Source of the DNA: Balanoglossus misakiensis
Lineage: Eukaryota; Animalia; Hemichordata
Assembly (NCBI GenBank): GCA_040954595.2
Contig: CM082589.2
Span: 8,316,232-8,380,231, forward strand
Length of the DNA stretch: 64,000 bases
Direction of reading: 5' to 3'
In this document: positions 45,412 through 59,525 of the stretch, one piece after another
Position numbering within the stretch: the first letter of the stretch is position 1
How the letters are laid out: the number at the start of each line of letters is the position of its first letter
Position numbers and translations under genes: made by a program
Notes under the pieces: generated by a model
The model's input: the letters and a program-made list of their open reading frames with translations, nothing else
Told to the model about the DNA's origin: nothing
The model's database searches: none

Positions 45412-48180
45412 TTAGATTCCTTTGTCCCGACGAAAGATGCCAAGTTTGGTGTCACACTCCGGGCAGCTGTGGTGAACATCTTTAAAACTCTTGACGCAGA
45501 ATGGAATCAGACAGCAACCACACCATAAACTGAAAGAAAAAGAAACAACAAACAATGGACGCTTATCAATTTTATATAACATTGTAAGTTGACGGGGTGA
45601 AACGCTAGAAAGAATCGATCGGGCAAAAAACGTTCATCACATGTATCAAACTATTATATAGTCCAGTTGAGTGAACAAATGCGAAAAAAACGTAGCCTAG
45701 AAACTAGACCACTACCAAACAATCTAAGGTCAAATATTGACTAATGATATCAATCATCAGTATTACATGTAGGCCTAACCGAACACCGCCGTTATGAAGG
45801 CCACGTGAAAGGTCGGGACAAACGTTTAGAGGTGCAACCGTTATGCAAATACAATACGATATACTGAAATATTATATCCACATGTAAATAAACAAAACTG
45901 GAAAATATGTGACTCACCAGATATTAATATATAGTTAAGTTTATTCTTCATTTTTTTGTGTTTGGGATGATTTCATCTGCGTAAGACGAGCGACTCTAAT
46001 CTGGGGCGCTATCGGAGCGTTATCGCCCAGCAGAGCTATCGAACCGTTATCACCTGGCTGAAAACGTTTATGAAATAGCAAGATGATCATAAACAACCTC
46101 CCGACCTGACGCGATATATTTTGGGTATAGATTCTTTCTAATAGAAGACGTGAAATCGTGGCTACTTGCCGATGTTCAGGCTGATACTGTACTATACAAT
46201 ATTCTTCCCCTACAATTCACTCAAATCGGTGTCAGCGGCCAGTTGCAGAAAGCATCAATTGAATACGAACAAGGTCAATATCATGATGGCGCGGACAACT
46301 TCAAGTTTGTCTATGAAATTTGTCGCAGGCGGGTCACTCGGTTAGACACACACCAAAACAAATTCACCGACCCCAGCCATATGGGGGCCGGAGGAACTGA
46401 TCAGTCCCTAACGTGGTTTATACTGTTGATGGATCATGGATATATTCTTTCGGTCTGCCATTCACCCAACTACTGTGAGTGATATTTTGGTTTACATCAG
46501 AAATACTGTTAGGTGTGAAAACTTGAGGGGTTTTACCATAAGCATTCCCCATTTGCACATTTTAATGTATATACCATCGCAATAGTCTTTTGGAATCTTT
46601 GTAGGAGGCAAATATATTTCTACAAAAATTCCACAGAAAATTTATTTCACTTTTAGAAAGCTCTGTAGCATAAATGTTGATAATTTGTCCAGAGCCATTG
46701 TTTTCGACAACATCCAGTATTTTGGTACCCGGATAAAAATAAAGATCACGGTATTTATGCTATGCACAGCAAAGAATCATATGGATAACAGAAAACAAGA
46801 ATGGTTACCAGAACAGAGAAATAACTCCGCATGAAATCCAAGAAAAGGTTCCCGATTCGTACTCTGTGTTCGTCAAAATATACTTGTGACAATTTGTACA
46901 TACGACTTCCAGGGGAACTTCTCCAAATCTTTGTAATCCTAAAAAAGAGATGAAAATTGTTATTCATCAATCTTAATCTTGGGCCTGAACCTTGAGTTGG
47001 ACTTGTAGCGTACATGGACCTATATATTCAGGGCTTTAGGCCTATTAACCCAAATTATCAGTCTATTGCAAATCTAAGTCCACCTTAGTTTCTATCCGTC
47101 CAAGTCACGTTTTCAATAGAAATACAGTTTTAAGGAATAAGCAAAGTGGTAGTGTAGTGCTATCACGTCGTTTTCGTAAACACGATGTATTTATTACATT
47201 TGGGACAAAAGTTTTCACGCATTTGCAATAATTATGGTTGCTATGGCAACCAAACGCTTGGCTGTTGGAGATAGAGGGCGCTTTCCCAAAAATCTAGTAT
47301 CAGCAGTATTGATTTTGAGGTGCATTCTACCTATGTGACGCTACTTAAAAGGCATTACTAAAAAATCAGAGGCCACATCGTGTACATTACTGACTGCAAT
47401 AATTGTAGCCATGGTGGGCTGGTTGGATGGCCATGATCCAGCCACTACAATTATTGCAGCTAGTACATTACAAATGATTATAAGAGTTCGATATTTCAAT
47501 GCAATACTTTGAGTTTTTAGGGTGTCGTGAGAACTTGTCTGTGTGTGGTTAGCTTGTTGTGTTTGGTTGTCATACATATACTAGTTGCTTTAATAATAGA
47601 TACATTTTGATGAGTTCAACAAACCTCATTGTCAATATGTTTATTTTCTTGGTCTGTTTTAAGTGTTTTTCTTTATTTTATTTATTATGATCACGCTCTC
47701 CGGAATAAATGTAACTTTGTGTTTATCTCCAATCTGACAGAGATTGCTGTAATGATCTCAAGGAGATTAGACTTTGATATTCCGTTATTTATTTATACAA
47801 ACATGGAGTAAATACAAAAAATTAGAACAACAGTCTTTTGTTTCATGTATCAACTACATTAACTTATTGTTCTCAATGCTATTCCCAAATAGTCATGCAG
47901 GCATCCATGGCTGATCTTAGCGCTTTTGCAAAATGAAAATGAAAATGAAAACATATTTGAAGCCATTGAACTTACCAGGGAGGGGCTGTAGTACAGTTAC
48001 TGTGCCTGCCCCAGCAGGTGGCTGTTGTATTTTGGGGGCCAGACCAGGGCTAGGTTGTGAGGTGAATACCTGTCCATGTTCTTCTGTATTCACTTGGCCG
48101 GGGCAATCCTGCTGCGATACGACATCATCGTGAAAGGAGGAACCTGTAGCTTCACTGTAACTTGGTGGATTTTCTTCCAT
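45412..48180 (-). CDS. LITAF-domain protein, incomplete model (middle exon not found; possibly a pseudogene)
   Basis: Last exon 45529-45412 LWCGCCLIPFCVKSFKDVHHSCPECDTKLGIFRR is a clear LITAF C-half. Exon 48180-47976 has PPSY and a Pro/Gln-rich N-terminus. The phases (1 then 2) require an intervening exon. Confidence 0.6.
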
Positions 48181-48421
48181 GTTGAACCGAGGTCAGCAAT
48201 GATGCTTGTTTCACAGGTATTAACATGCATCATGCACTTGTGAATCACCCACATGAAGCTAATCATTGACAATGATGACACTGTTTGACCTAAATATGAC
48301 AAAGGGAGGGTGGACATTTCCAGGCACAAAATCGTGATACTGAAGGATGAAAAATTTCAACAATATAATGGCACTGTTTTACGAAAGTCAAAGTGGGATG
48401 GCTTGTTTTATCATGTATTAA

Positions 48422-48603
48422 AGGTATATGGTCACCTATGGAAAATTAGCTACAGTTACTATGGCAATCTGAGATCTAGCCAATCACAGATTTTCAGTGG
48501 GTGGTTCAATTAAAAAAAGAAAGTCACCATATGTTCTGTAGCACACTCCAATACACCATTTTTGCAATTTATGGACATGTAAATTGGAGGTGACCATGTA
48601 TCT
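48422..48603. mobile_element. Kolobok-like MITE family 2 copy 2
   Basis: Homologous to 6858-7042. Left TTAA intact, right end degenerate. Confidence 0.75.
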
Positions 48604-49489
48604 CTAAATTATGGATTAGTGTAGAATAGTGTATTGGGTGTGGGGGTACTCTACTTAACCATGTACAGTGCAGACTATGATTTAAATGCATTACATACAC
48701 ATGTACATACACAGACATACACACATACGTACTACATCATATACATTTAGTACGAAGTATGCGGTTCGACTGGTTCGATAAAAAGTGCTCAATACTAAAG
48801 TAGAGCAGAATATAAAATAAGAGTTTGGAGAAATGGTAGGCGGTATAATATCTACAACATTGTTTCGTGAGTCACTGGACTCACGCATCAGAAGACTAAA
48901 CTGGCTAGTTCTCATGTAATAGCCACAAAAATGTCATGTACAAGTAAATATGCAAACTGTATTTCATTATGCAAGTCTCAACCATCAAAATCGGGTAATC
49001 AGATGGAGATTTTCCATGGAAACTGTGTTATACAGTGTTTTCCTATTATGATTGAATTAAACTGTTTAACAAAAAATATCTGATAGATGCATGAAGATGT
49101 TGGTGCAACAATACTTTGTTTGTGTCTCAGACACACTGGGTGCAAAACAAAATCACTACTCATATTGTTGGTTTTAATCAACAAACATGCAATTTATTTT
49201 TCATATTGATAGATAAAGATGGATAACCTCTGCTGTAAATATACATGAGTTTTTTTGAATATGAGCTCATAGGGGAATCTGCTAGAAAGTCTATCTTATC
49301 TGAACTCGCTTTGGAAAACTTTAATACTTGGATGATGGAAAGAGATCTCATAAATTCTGGAAGGAAACCAAAGTCCTTCCCACAAAATTAAATATAAGCG
49401 TTTATGTCAAAATGAGTAAATTATAGCTTTAACATAATTTGACTAATGATAAAAGCACACATTACCCAATTCCAATGGGAAGTTACATA

Positions 49490-49881
49490 CTGTAAAACAT
49501 GTTATTTTCGCGAGTTGAAATGTTCGTGATATCGAGAGAGGCCACTGTTACGTGAGTATTAATTTTCGCGTTCTTGTACTGCAACGTTATCTTCGAAAAC
49601 CTACTATTGTACGCTTATTTGTCACATTTGTAGCAAAATTCTTGCCCACAAACCACAATGTTCAAACAAATTGCACAATGTGTAGCAAAACCATGAAACC
49701 GCAACAATTTTAATAAATTACATGCACTTTCAAACTGAAAACATTTTTTGCGTGTGTGTTTGACTATCGTTCTATTACTAGTATTTACCATGTTGTTCTC
49801 TCACAACTATATTTTCACGTTTTATTAGCTCTCGCGTATTTCACGTAAATTTATTGCTCGCGAAAATGACCTGTTTTACAG
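49490..49881. mobile_element. Tc1/mariner-like MITE with TA TSD
   Basis: TA|CTGTAAAACAtGTtATTTTCGCGAG…CTCGCGAAAATGACCTGTTTTACAG|TA. Partial relative at ~58395-58534. Confidence 0.7.
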
Positions 49882-50133
49882 TATTCAATTACACTGACAT
49901 AAGGGATATGTCTCACAATACCAATAATACACTGTAACCAATGCTTTAGCCAAGATAAAATGAAAAACAAGCTTATTTATAGAGTTAAAATATCTTACGT
50001 CAAGTGAATGGTCAATTACAAACTTATGCAACAAAATACTGAATTATTAACAAACCCTGGATGTCCCATACCAGTATGGCAAAAAGGCAATGCTTTGGCG
50101 CATAGCTGACCAATAGAATTGTACCATACTATG

Positions 50134-50551
50134 AGGTAATTACGAAAATACCGCAAAGTATGCACGAGGACATGAGCGCCAACTAATGTCCGAGTGCATA
50201 CTTTGCGGTATTTTCGTAATAACCTTATTATTATACATTATATTATACCAGTATATTGATGGTGTAAATCACGATATTTGATTGGTCGAGACACGACACG
50301 TGACCGTGATATATTAGCCATATACCACAGTCATATATCATAGTTAAAGAAAATGCCTTTTTAAAATGTTTTATGCAAAGTTTCAATATACTGGCATAAT
50401 ATAATAGCAATAAAACACCCCCAGCCATGGTATACCACTCGATTTTGACCAGTTCAACTCCATATACGCACTCGCTATCGCTCGTGCGTATATGTCGTGA
50501 ACTGGTCAAAATCTCGTGATATACCATGGCTGGGGGTGTTTTATTGCTTAA
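50134..50551 (+). mobile_element. Miniature Crypton-like element(s) with two long hairpins
   Basis: Hairpins 50134-50225 and 50406-50548. Inner IR TATTATACC/GGCATAATA. The motif GATTGGTCGAGACACGACACGTGAC resembles the Crypton 5' GATTGGCTGAGACGCGCTCACGTGAC. Confidence 0.65.
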
Positions 50552-52852
50552 TTTTACAACTCCGTTAGTTCTTGTGTTGCATGGTACCTGGCTTTCAAAA
50601 CGCCCAAAATGCTGATACAATTGATCCTAAACCGCTCAGTTGACTAGGTGAGCAGCCATCTTTCTTTTTTGTTAACGTGCGTTGGAGTGGGGGTGTCTTG
50701 AAACTGTCCGCATAACAGTGAATACCTGTACATAGTGGGTACCGTTCTGTACGGCTCTTTTAGTGCACGCTTAATTCTATTGTTCTCGGTGCCAGATGTA
50801 TAATAATGACTTATAAACAACCCAGACCAGTGTCTCTATTCACAATAAATACTGATATATCCAGTGGTAGGTCAAAGGTCACCAAATGGGAAAGTATAAG
50901 AAATGACCCATTCAAGTGTGCCATATACTTCATCAGTTATAATCCATCTCATACTGATCAATCCCCAACACAAACCCACTCTGTAAGGATTCTTTTAACA
51001 TTAGATACATGTCTATACAAAATTATAGGCAAATGGATGAATAAATCTGATAGAGCATATTCCTTGGGCCCCGCAAGCAAGCAAGCAAAAAAAAAAAACA
51101 ATTCCAAACAACTCTCAAAGTGGAATGTAAAACACAAAACTGTACAGGTCAATGACAATGGAAATGTCTCATACACAGTCAGGACGTAAGTGGGGTAATT
51201 AAACAGCAGGGGATCATGCAATGCAAACACTTGAACTGGCCAGTAACGTTTGAATTGCCATTTGCATACAGTTTTTCAACTTTTTTTCACAACGAAAGTT
51301 AAGCAACTTGCAACCCATTTCTGACAATTATTTCACCCCAGGCACATTACTGGTACTATGAGTGTACTACATGTGATTTTTCATGAAGTTTTATCGAGAA
51401 GAATTTCTTTACTTCCACTGACAAAATTGTGATCACGAAATTCAAAGTGACCTTGAAGTTAAAAAATCAAAAAAAAAATATCAGCCATACCCACACAAAA
51501 ATTAACCCCCTCAGGTTTTAGAAACATTATTAAACTCCTCTATTCATAATTTTGACATGAATATATCCATGCCGAGAGTCAAGGACCACAATTTACAGTG
51601 CCATAGGTCAGTCCTGAGAAGTCAGTCAGCGTGGGTAGTGTATAGACTCCGTATGTAATATGCTAATGAGAGATAACGACGCCTTGAAAAGGAAGCCATT
51701 ACGTCATGGGTTAACATGCGTTGACCTACTTCAATGCATACACATATGGCAAACACGGCTGTACTCGTCGATGGCGAAGGCAATTTTTACACCGTCATTA
51801 CTCCACAACGGAGCGGCTCACACTATTATAATTTCACGGTAACTTAGTTCAATATCTTCCTAACCTACCCAATTTTTTTCAAGACAAGAAATCTTTGCCG
51901 AGAGTCAAGGACCACAATTTAAACCAACATACCGAAACTGTCTTTCTCGGGAACGCGTCGTTAAAACTTCACTGACTATGGTGTTTCATACACGTCTTAG
52001 AAAAATGGGTGCACTACGATCACTTGTAGTACCGAAAATCTCCGTTTGAAAATTTTTCGAACTGGCCGTAACTGCCACTCAGCGACGTTCACATTCAAAT
52101 AGATCTCTTTGATCTCACCGCCGTAATTACCCCACTTACGTCCTGACTGTACATGTGATAACTGAATCCCCCTACACATGCCATTTGATTTCAGTACACT
52201 GTTCTCATAAGATTTCAATTCTGCGCCGACATAAAAGTGGGTTTTCATGAAGAGGCTTCTGTTTTCATACAACCAATTGGTCACTTTCATGACCTCTCTA
52301 CGTGACCTTTACATCCTGGCATTTTGCTGGTATTTCAAGGTCACATAGAGTTCATGAAAGTGGCCCTCTGAAGATGGGGAAAAAATCTACGCTTTTATCA
52401 CCCAAAAATTGAAATTGTTTTTGCTCGATGTGAAGAATTGATGCTTCCTGCTTTACATGCAATTGATGGAAAGAGTCTGTGCAGCAGGAAAACCAAATGG
52501 AAAACCGAATGTCAACATGCCATTTATGTGCATTTATCACAAAAAAAAATGTTTTTCAGACTCAGATAACAATGCAGCTAGTGAAATATGAGAACGCTAA
52601 AATTAATCACTGCGTTACAGTTGCCTCTAATGATATCGGGAAATTTCCTGTCGCGAATTTTCCCGATTTACAGTATTTTTTGCAAAGGGTCAAAACATAG
52701 ATTCGACCACAAAATGCACTATATTTCCTGGCTGTGTGTTGTGTGTTCGTGTGAACACATACGGCTGTCTGTTCACAATATCTGCTGTCATACAGATTTT
52801 TCTGTACAATGTAGTTTCATTTGGCTTTCTTATACTAGCGAAATCAAATTAA

Positions 52853-53038
52853 AGGTATACGGTCACCTATGGAAATCTAGGTACAGTTACCATGGTAAAC
52901 TTGAGATCTAGCCAATCACAGATTTTCAGTGGGTGGCATATGCGAAAAAAAGAGCGCCACTTCACGTTCTTTAGAACCCTCAAATACGCCATTTCAGCCA
53001 TATATGGGCGTACGTAAATTGCAGGTGACTGTATACCT
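52853..53038. mobile_element. Kolobok-like MITE family 2 copy 3
   Basis: TTAA|AGGTATACGGTCACCT…AGGTGACTGTATACCT|TTAA. Confidence 0.8.
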
Positions 53039-53648
53039 TTAAATGGCAATGTAATATTTCACATTCACACCCATTTATAATAATCATGTTTATATTCCTG
53101 TAAAAACCCACTTCCTTTCCTTCCCAATTATGCAATTAAAAAAAAGACCAATTTGCTCACAGGAAACTACTTGGCGTCCTGTATATCCTCACTAATCAAA
53201 AATTAAGGATGTATGACCAGTCAAATCAAAAGTATTGTCATTGTTTGTAATTGCTGATTTTCTGAATCTCCTTTGTAAGTGTTATTAAAATCTGTATAAC
53301 AATTCAGGGGTCACCAGGCTGGTTTAGGCTGTGGGAAAAGACAAATACCACAAGATCATAGTGCACACACATCCTCAATATTAGTGCTAACAGATTCCTA
53401 ATGCTGTGATAAAGATTTAATGATCTTTTAAACAATGCTTACAAAGCATCGTTTATTTAAGATACCTTGAAACTGGAAAAAAATCCAAACTTTGACTGAT
53501 AGACTATACATGAATAGACAGTATTTTAACACTTTCACTTCTTGTTTTCTCTGAACACAAGTGAGGTGAACTTAAAGCATAGAACATAAAATATAGCAGT
53601 ATGTACATAAAGGGTTTTCAGAAAAATACACATATGCACGTATGAAGT

Positions 53649-53860
53649 CAATCTGATTATAATCAGATGTATTGTTGGGCGCCGCCTTTACCCTTTGCTG
53701 ATTCTTGGCCGGTCTGTTCGGAAGGGACGCCCACACTACTGGAGTGGCCTGTACGCCCGAGAACAGCCAAGACAGAGAATAGGACAGCCAAAGCTAGGAG
53801 AACGGAATAGCCAAAACTATCACCCGCTGCCCAACTCTACATCTGATTTTAATCAGACTG
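53649..53860. mobile_element. MITE with CARTCTGATTAWAATCAGATGTA termini
   Basis: Same TIR as 17480-17589, different interior. TSD not evident. Confidence 0.65.
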
Positions 53861-54765
53861 CATGTTATTGTTCACATGAATGCTTCAGGCATTATGTACT
53901 GACACCAGTGTTCAATCAGGACGCCATCAAGTGGGGGGATATGTCTTCCTTTACCAGAATATTTGGGGGGATTCCATTCTGGCAAGGGGGACTGTAATAT
54001 CTCCAACACGTGAATGACATCCTTTTAAGGGGCACTGGTCCCCCTTGACAAATTGCTAGGAGGTGCCAACATATCAATAGGGGGTGAATCCCCTCATCCC
54101 CCGTCTAGATGAAACACTGCATGCTGAGAATGCGCATATGCAAAATAGGTGCACATTAAGTATGTTTGAACAACATGAAAAATGCATACATGAACTACAT
54201 GTATATGCATGTTGGAAGCAAGGAGACTCCATGCTGGATTGACTGAGCAAGTAAAAGTAACAATATATATTCTCACCAATTCAAATAGGAATTAACTTTC
54301 ATGCAAGATCTGAACTTCTCATTCTGATAAACAGTTAGACCACAATGTCTTCTTGCTTTTATATACACTACAGTACAACATTGATGCAAATTTCTGATTT
54401 GAAAATTGTAAGTCAGTCCCTTGTATTCAGTAACATGCTTTTTCCAATGGTTCAATTATTTTCCAACTAGGTAAGCTGGTACATATACATTATACAATGC
54501 AAACTTGTAAAAAATACATACAACCTGCATAATACCAATCCACGAGAGAAATCGTAATGTTGATGATATTTTAAATTAGACCTTTCAGTAAATATGTTAC
54601 AAGTTCGAAAATATTACCATGGAGACCCACATTAACTGAAGTTATGCTCACAGATTTTGTGTATTATTGTACAACTTTTAAAAGTTAAACCATATAAATC
54701 CAAATCGTCTATTACAGTAACTGCTGTTGTCTGGAGTACATCCAATACACGGTTGGCGTCCATGA

Positions 54766-57700
54766 TTATTCCCAATTCTCCCAGTCGTCATCAAGTTCTG
54801 CATCATTATCTGGTTCCTCAATAACAGAAGCAGCTACTTTCAAGTCGTGTTCCGTGATTTCAATGTCAAAGTCCTTTTCCCAGTCATCACTTAAACTACT
54901 TGTATCTGTAGAAAATAACAAGATCAGATATCGCTGCTTTCACTTCATCAATATTGCTTTATTGATATGAAATATAATTGTTAATTCCATTCATAGAAAA
55001 CTAAACTAATAATAAGATGACATGATATCTTGACTCACCTTTTGTACTTGTTCCATTGTCAGACTGGACAGGTGAGGACTTTCCACTGCTCTCTTTTTTG
55101 AATTCTTCTTTCTGTAATGGTAGATGTAAATCTTTTCTTTCCTCATCTTTGCCCTTGTTACTGTCTCCTTGACTACCACATTCCAGTATCTGGTCTACCT
55201 CTTCCGTTGTTTTGCTGTCCTCTCCCGCCTCAACATTTTCAAGTTCTTTATGCTCCTCCTGTGTTTTGCCTGGAGTCATTGACACACTACTCTCCTTGGC
55301 CTCACATATGGAACTCTCTTCTGCCTTACTATCAACACCTTCAGCAGTGTCTGTAGTGTCTTCTTTGACCGACAGTTTAGACAGGTCATCCGTAATGTTT
55401 TCCGAGTCCTTATTTTCAGTTCCAATGCCCGATTCCGTGTTGTCCGTAGCAGAGGTCAAACATTTTGTTCTTTCTATCGTTGGGTCATCAGACATGTCTG
55501 TTGGTGCATCAGCAACTTCCCAGGTTTCATCTTCAAATGAGAAAAGAAAAGAATAAGACTTAAGGATGTACGTTCAGTAAAACTGAAAGTATTGTCATTT
55601 CTTTTAATTGTGGATTATTTAAAATGAAATGAAATTTAAAGTCTATACCTTCATCTCCCCATCCTAGATCCTCTTCTGTAAATGTTTTTGATGTTATTTC
55701 AGCACGCTCTTTCAAAGCATTCCTTCTGGCCTCATCTTGTTCAAGTTGGTGGATTTTATAGAAATATCTGTGCCAGAAATCACCGTGGGATACTGCAGAA
55801 GGAACCTATAAAATGAAATGGAAAAATTGAAGTCAGATTTTCATAGCTAGGTGGAATGTCAGTTTATTACACAATTATTTACTTTACAAAGACAGGTATT
55901 TCTCACACTCCTGGCCGCTGGGAGTGTGGGATCGAGAGTATGGGATAAATCGATCAAAAGCTCTTATGTGACGCGAGCGCTGAGTGGATGAAAAAAATGT
56001 TAGTAACAAGGCGCTCTAATGAGAAATATGAAGTAAAAGACGTCGCCGTACCCTACATCTTCTGATTTTAATCAGATTGGTTTGACCTGCACCTTGGGCA
56101 ACTGAAACACTGAGACCAGGGCTACATGTACAGGGTTCTCCACGGGGGGTTTTTGAGGGGCGGCCCGCCCCTCTGTTTTTTGCGGCCGCCCCTCTGTCGT
56201 ATGTGCCGCCCCTGCATTGGACAACACCGCCCCTTTGTTTTACCCGGTAGAAAACAAAGCTCGCGTGTTGTGGTTTATAGTGTTACTAGCGTCTTTTGGG
56301 GGTGGACGTGAACAAAATGGTCGTTCACACTTTGTCATGCACCATAGTGACACTTAGCATGGCAAATGGAAACCGTTTCACACATTCGGATCAATTTCAA
56401 ATAACCGGCCCAGAGAAAAACGATCGTGCCATCGACATGACCTAATTACGTGACCTTTGACAGTATGCGTCCTTCCTTCACTTTGTAAACCCGGAAGACA
56501 GCAAATTTTTCACTGGACATTTTCATGACAGCGACTTCAACAATGATTACGATTTTTGGGGGTTTCATTGACTACAATTTTATACCGATCAAGGCCATTA
56601 GTAATCCCGACCGTGACAACCGATGTCGAGAGCGGGTGGTCGCGCGCGCGATCGCGGGACCCAGCCAACTGCATTGAGCTGTGGGCGCGATGTACGGTCG
56701 CGGTCAGTCGAACGCGCGCGACCGTGTTTTCGACAGTGTGTCTACATACTTATATTTATACCTTTGTATCTTAACATGTCACTCCTTTGACTTTTGTTTG
56801 AAATTCTGTGAAGTTAGAGCAAAATATTTTGGGACATCGAGATTTCGTTGTTACTTGCAAAAAGTCCTGGGCTGGGGGGTCGTGTACCTTAGAATTTTAA
56901 AGCACTGGCTTATGGTCACTCTTGTGCATTCCACAAATACAAAGAAACATTATGTTAATTTTATGCAAATGACATGCTAATATTATGCAAATTATCCGCC
57001 CCTCTTAATTTTCAAAGCGTGGAGAACCCTGATGTAAACTCAAGTACAGTAACTGTGTGACTGAAAAAAGCTGCCAATGTAAACACAATGAGGAAGTGTT
57101 TCGTACATGTACTTACTAGTTTAGTATATAGAGATCTGACTTCATCACTGGCAACTAAGAGATCAGATATTTGTCCTTTATTTTCATCCACTAGAAATGT
57201 TTCTTTCCAGTTCAAATAATCTTCCGGTGATCCATTCGGCTCATTTAAATACGTCCCTGGGTCAGTTTGGATGTCATTCAACCGTGCCTGAAAAATATAA
57301 CAATCCTGTCAGTGTTAACATAACTTTGAGTGATGAAAATGGAGTATGGTAGGGTTCTTAAGAGCTTCAAAATTCAGAAGGGTGAAAAATAATTAGCTAC
57401 CTTCTCCAAATCTAATGAAGAGTTTTACTGGATAAAATTTATAAGACAAAAAAGAGCAGGGTCCTTCCATTACCGACAAAGGTTCTATTCTGCAAATATG
57501 CAATTCACACTGGATACCAATACCCAGGTCTGAAGTTTCTCTGACAGTCATAGTTACTTTCTCCCAGTTGTAATACACAGGAAGCTACGTAACCATGGGT
57601 TTGTCGCACTTACATGTAACTACCAACTCTGGATTTGTTGAAATCTGTCAAGGATTTCCCATAGGGTACTTTGACACTTGGTAAATAAGATTGCACCAGT

Positions 57701-59525
57701 ATTGGGTGACAAGTAATTAAGACTTGGGTAATTAAAATAACCCTTAATTGGTGCCTGGGCAAGTCATTATAACTTTCAACTTGATTTGACTTGGGTCAGC
57801 CCATAAGTGCTTCCCACTTCATAAATTCTAAAGGTTTATTTTGATTATGCAAAAGTTTTACGACTCTTACAGTGTTTGTAACCGAATTGCAAAACAAAGC
57901 ACGCTGTCTGTGTACCTGTGGCTATATCAATGGTGACACATTTTTTTCTCATATTGTCTTGTTACGCATGAAATAACCAACATAGACATTTTTGCCCAGC
58001 CTTTTCTTGTTACGCATGAAATAACCAACATAGACATTTTTGCCCAGCCTTTGCAGACGCTAAAACACAGTCAAATTTTCGACTGCAAACACTACTAGGA
58101 CACAATAGTTCTGCAGAAACAAGTAGTGACTTATGAGAATAATTTCAGAGATTCGATACTCACCTTGGCCCTATCAAATATGACCTTATGTGGAATATCA
58201 ACCTCTTCATTCTCTCTGCCATAGTTCTTAGGTGCCAGGGTTTCTGATAGGCCCATCAAAAAATTTGAAAATCCCGCTTTGACAGAGCTGGCTGAAGAGT
58301 CTTCAACCTGTAAATTATACGAATAAATGATGTTGATGTTACACGAATAATAATATGGAGAAGGATAAACATAATGAAACAATACATTTTCAAGAAATAC
58401 GCGAGAGCCAAAAAACGTGAAAATAAAAAATTCGCATAAAATGTTTTTACGGAGATAACAATGCAGTTAGTGAAATCGTGTAACAGTTGCTTCTTCTGAT
58501 ATTTTCTGTCACGAAAATAACCTGTTATACAGTATACAAATGACATTTTATGTACCTTTAGTTTTCCTTTGACAGTGTCAGCTGTATGTGCCACAGCAGC
58601 AGAGGTATCCTTCTGTACGACTGTAGTAAACTCTTTCAAATCTCTCTGCATAAAACTCCATGCCTCTGAAGACTGTTGATTAAAAATAGAAACAAATTCA
58701 AATGTGCCCAGATTTAACATTATCTCATGTAAGCCCAGTCAAAAACTCTCAGTCTCTGAGCTGCATTTCATGTTTGCCATCAAGTGTAAATGCAGTCATC
58801 TTTCACCTGACAAATTATACCAGTACAAAAATAGCACCTACAAACCCATGATCCACAATCGTTGTTGTAATTTGTTATAATGGATCTCATCAGATCTGGT
58901 GGCGATGATAGCATTTGGAGGGTTAGTGTTCGAGTAAGGTCTGTGACCTTCGCCATCAGAAAATGCTACAGTCCAAGGTCCGCTCGCCTTGCAGTACAAT
59001 TCAAGAGATCCGTTACAGTCAATTGCCAATTTATAATATTCGAGACGGTGTTGGTCATATTGGGGGAACCAAATGCTTACAGTTTAAACCAGATTTCGAC
59101 CGAAGTTTTTTATTTTTTAGTTGGCGATCATGTCGTCACCGAAATCTGTACCATACAATTTATACGAAGCACGTGATTGACGCAATTCTATAATACCAGT
59201 CACAGCTGTTCAACTGACAGTGTATACAAATATCAAAGCTACCATAAAATTTACATGTAACAGATTGCATGACTCATGACCAGTCGATCAAAACAAAAAA
59301 TTAAAAAAAACTTTGCGCTTGTGTGACTGAGCAAGAAATCCAACACACCTTTTCTTTGGCTGCTTGTATCCAGCCACCCCACCAGTTTCCACCTTCTCCA
59401 CTGTAAGTAAAAACAGTGTTTATAGTTCCAAAATATGATTAATGAAACGTGAACAAGATAGGAATTATGCAGAAATGTGGCGTATTTTGTGCGATGTCGT
59501 AGTCTCTTACTTACCCTTCCGCCAT
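54766..59525 (-). CDS. BSDC1: BSD domain-containing protein 1, 427 aa, 8 exons
   Basis: Exons 59525-59515, 59400-59349, 58672-58556, 58307-58164, 57287-57117, 55805-55649, 55530-55039, 54905-54766, all GT-AG and in phase. MAEG..WWGGWIQAAKEKSSEA..MQRDLKEF, QTDPGTYLNEP, VPSAVSHGDFWHRYFYK, DDWEKDFD…DWENWE* are characteristic of BSDC1. Confidence 0.93.
56131..57031. mobile_element. 901-bp non-autonomous hAT-like element with 5-bp TSD in a BSDC1 intron
   Basis: TIR CAGGGTTCTCCACG/CGTGGAGAACCCTG, with ATGTA on both sides (56126-56130 / 57032-57036). Subterminal CCGCCCCT repeats. Confidence 0.75.
57957..58052. repeat. Tandem duplication of a ~48-bp unit
   Basis: TCTTGTTACGCATGAAATAACCAA(A)CATAGACATTTTTGCCCAGCCTTT twice. 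Confidence 0.85.

Noticed and set aside
47160-47215. CPKC as the missing LITAF exon
   Set aside because: Followed within a few codons by TGA TAG, with no hydrophobic segment or suitable donor.
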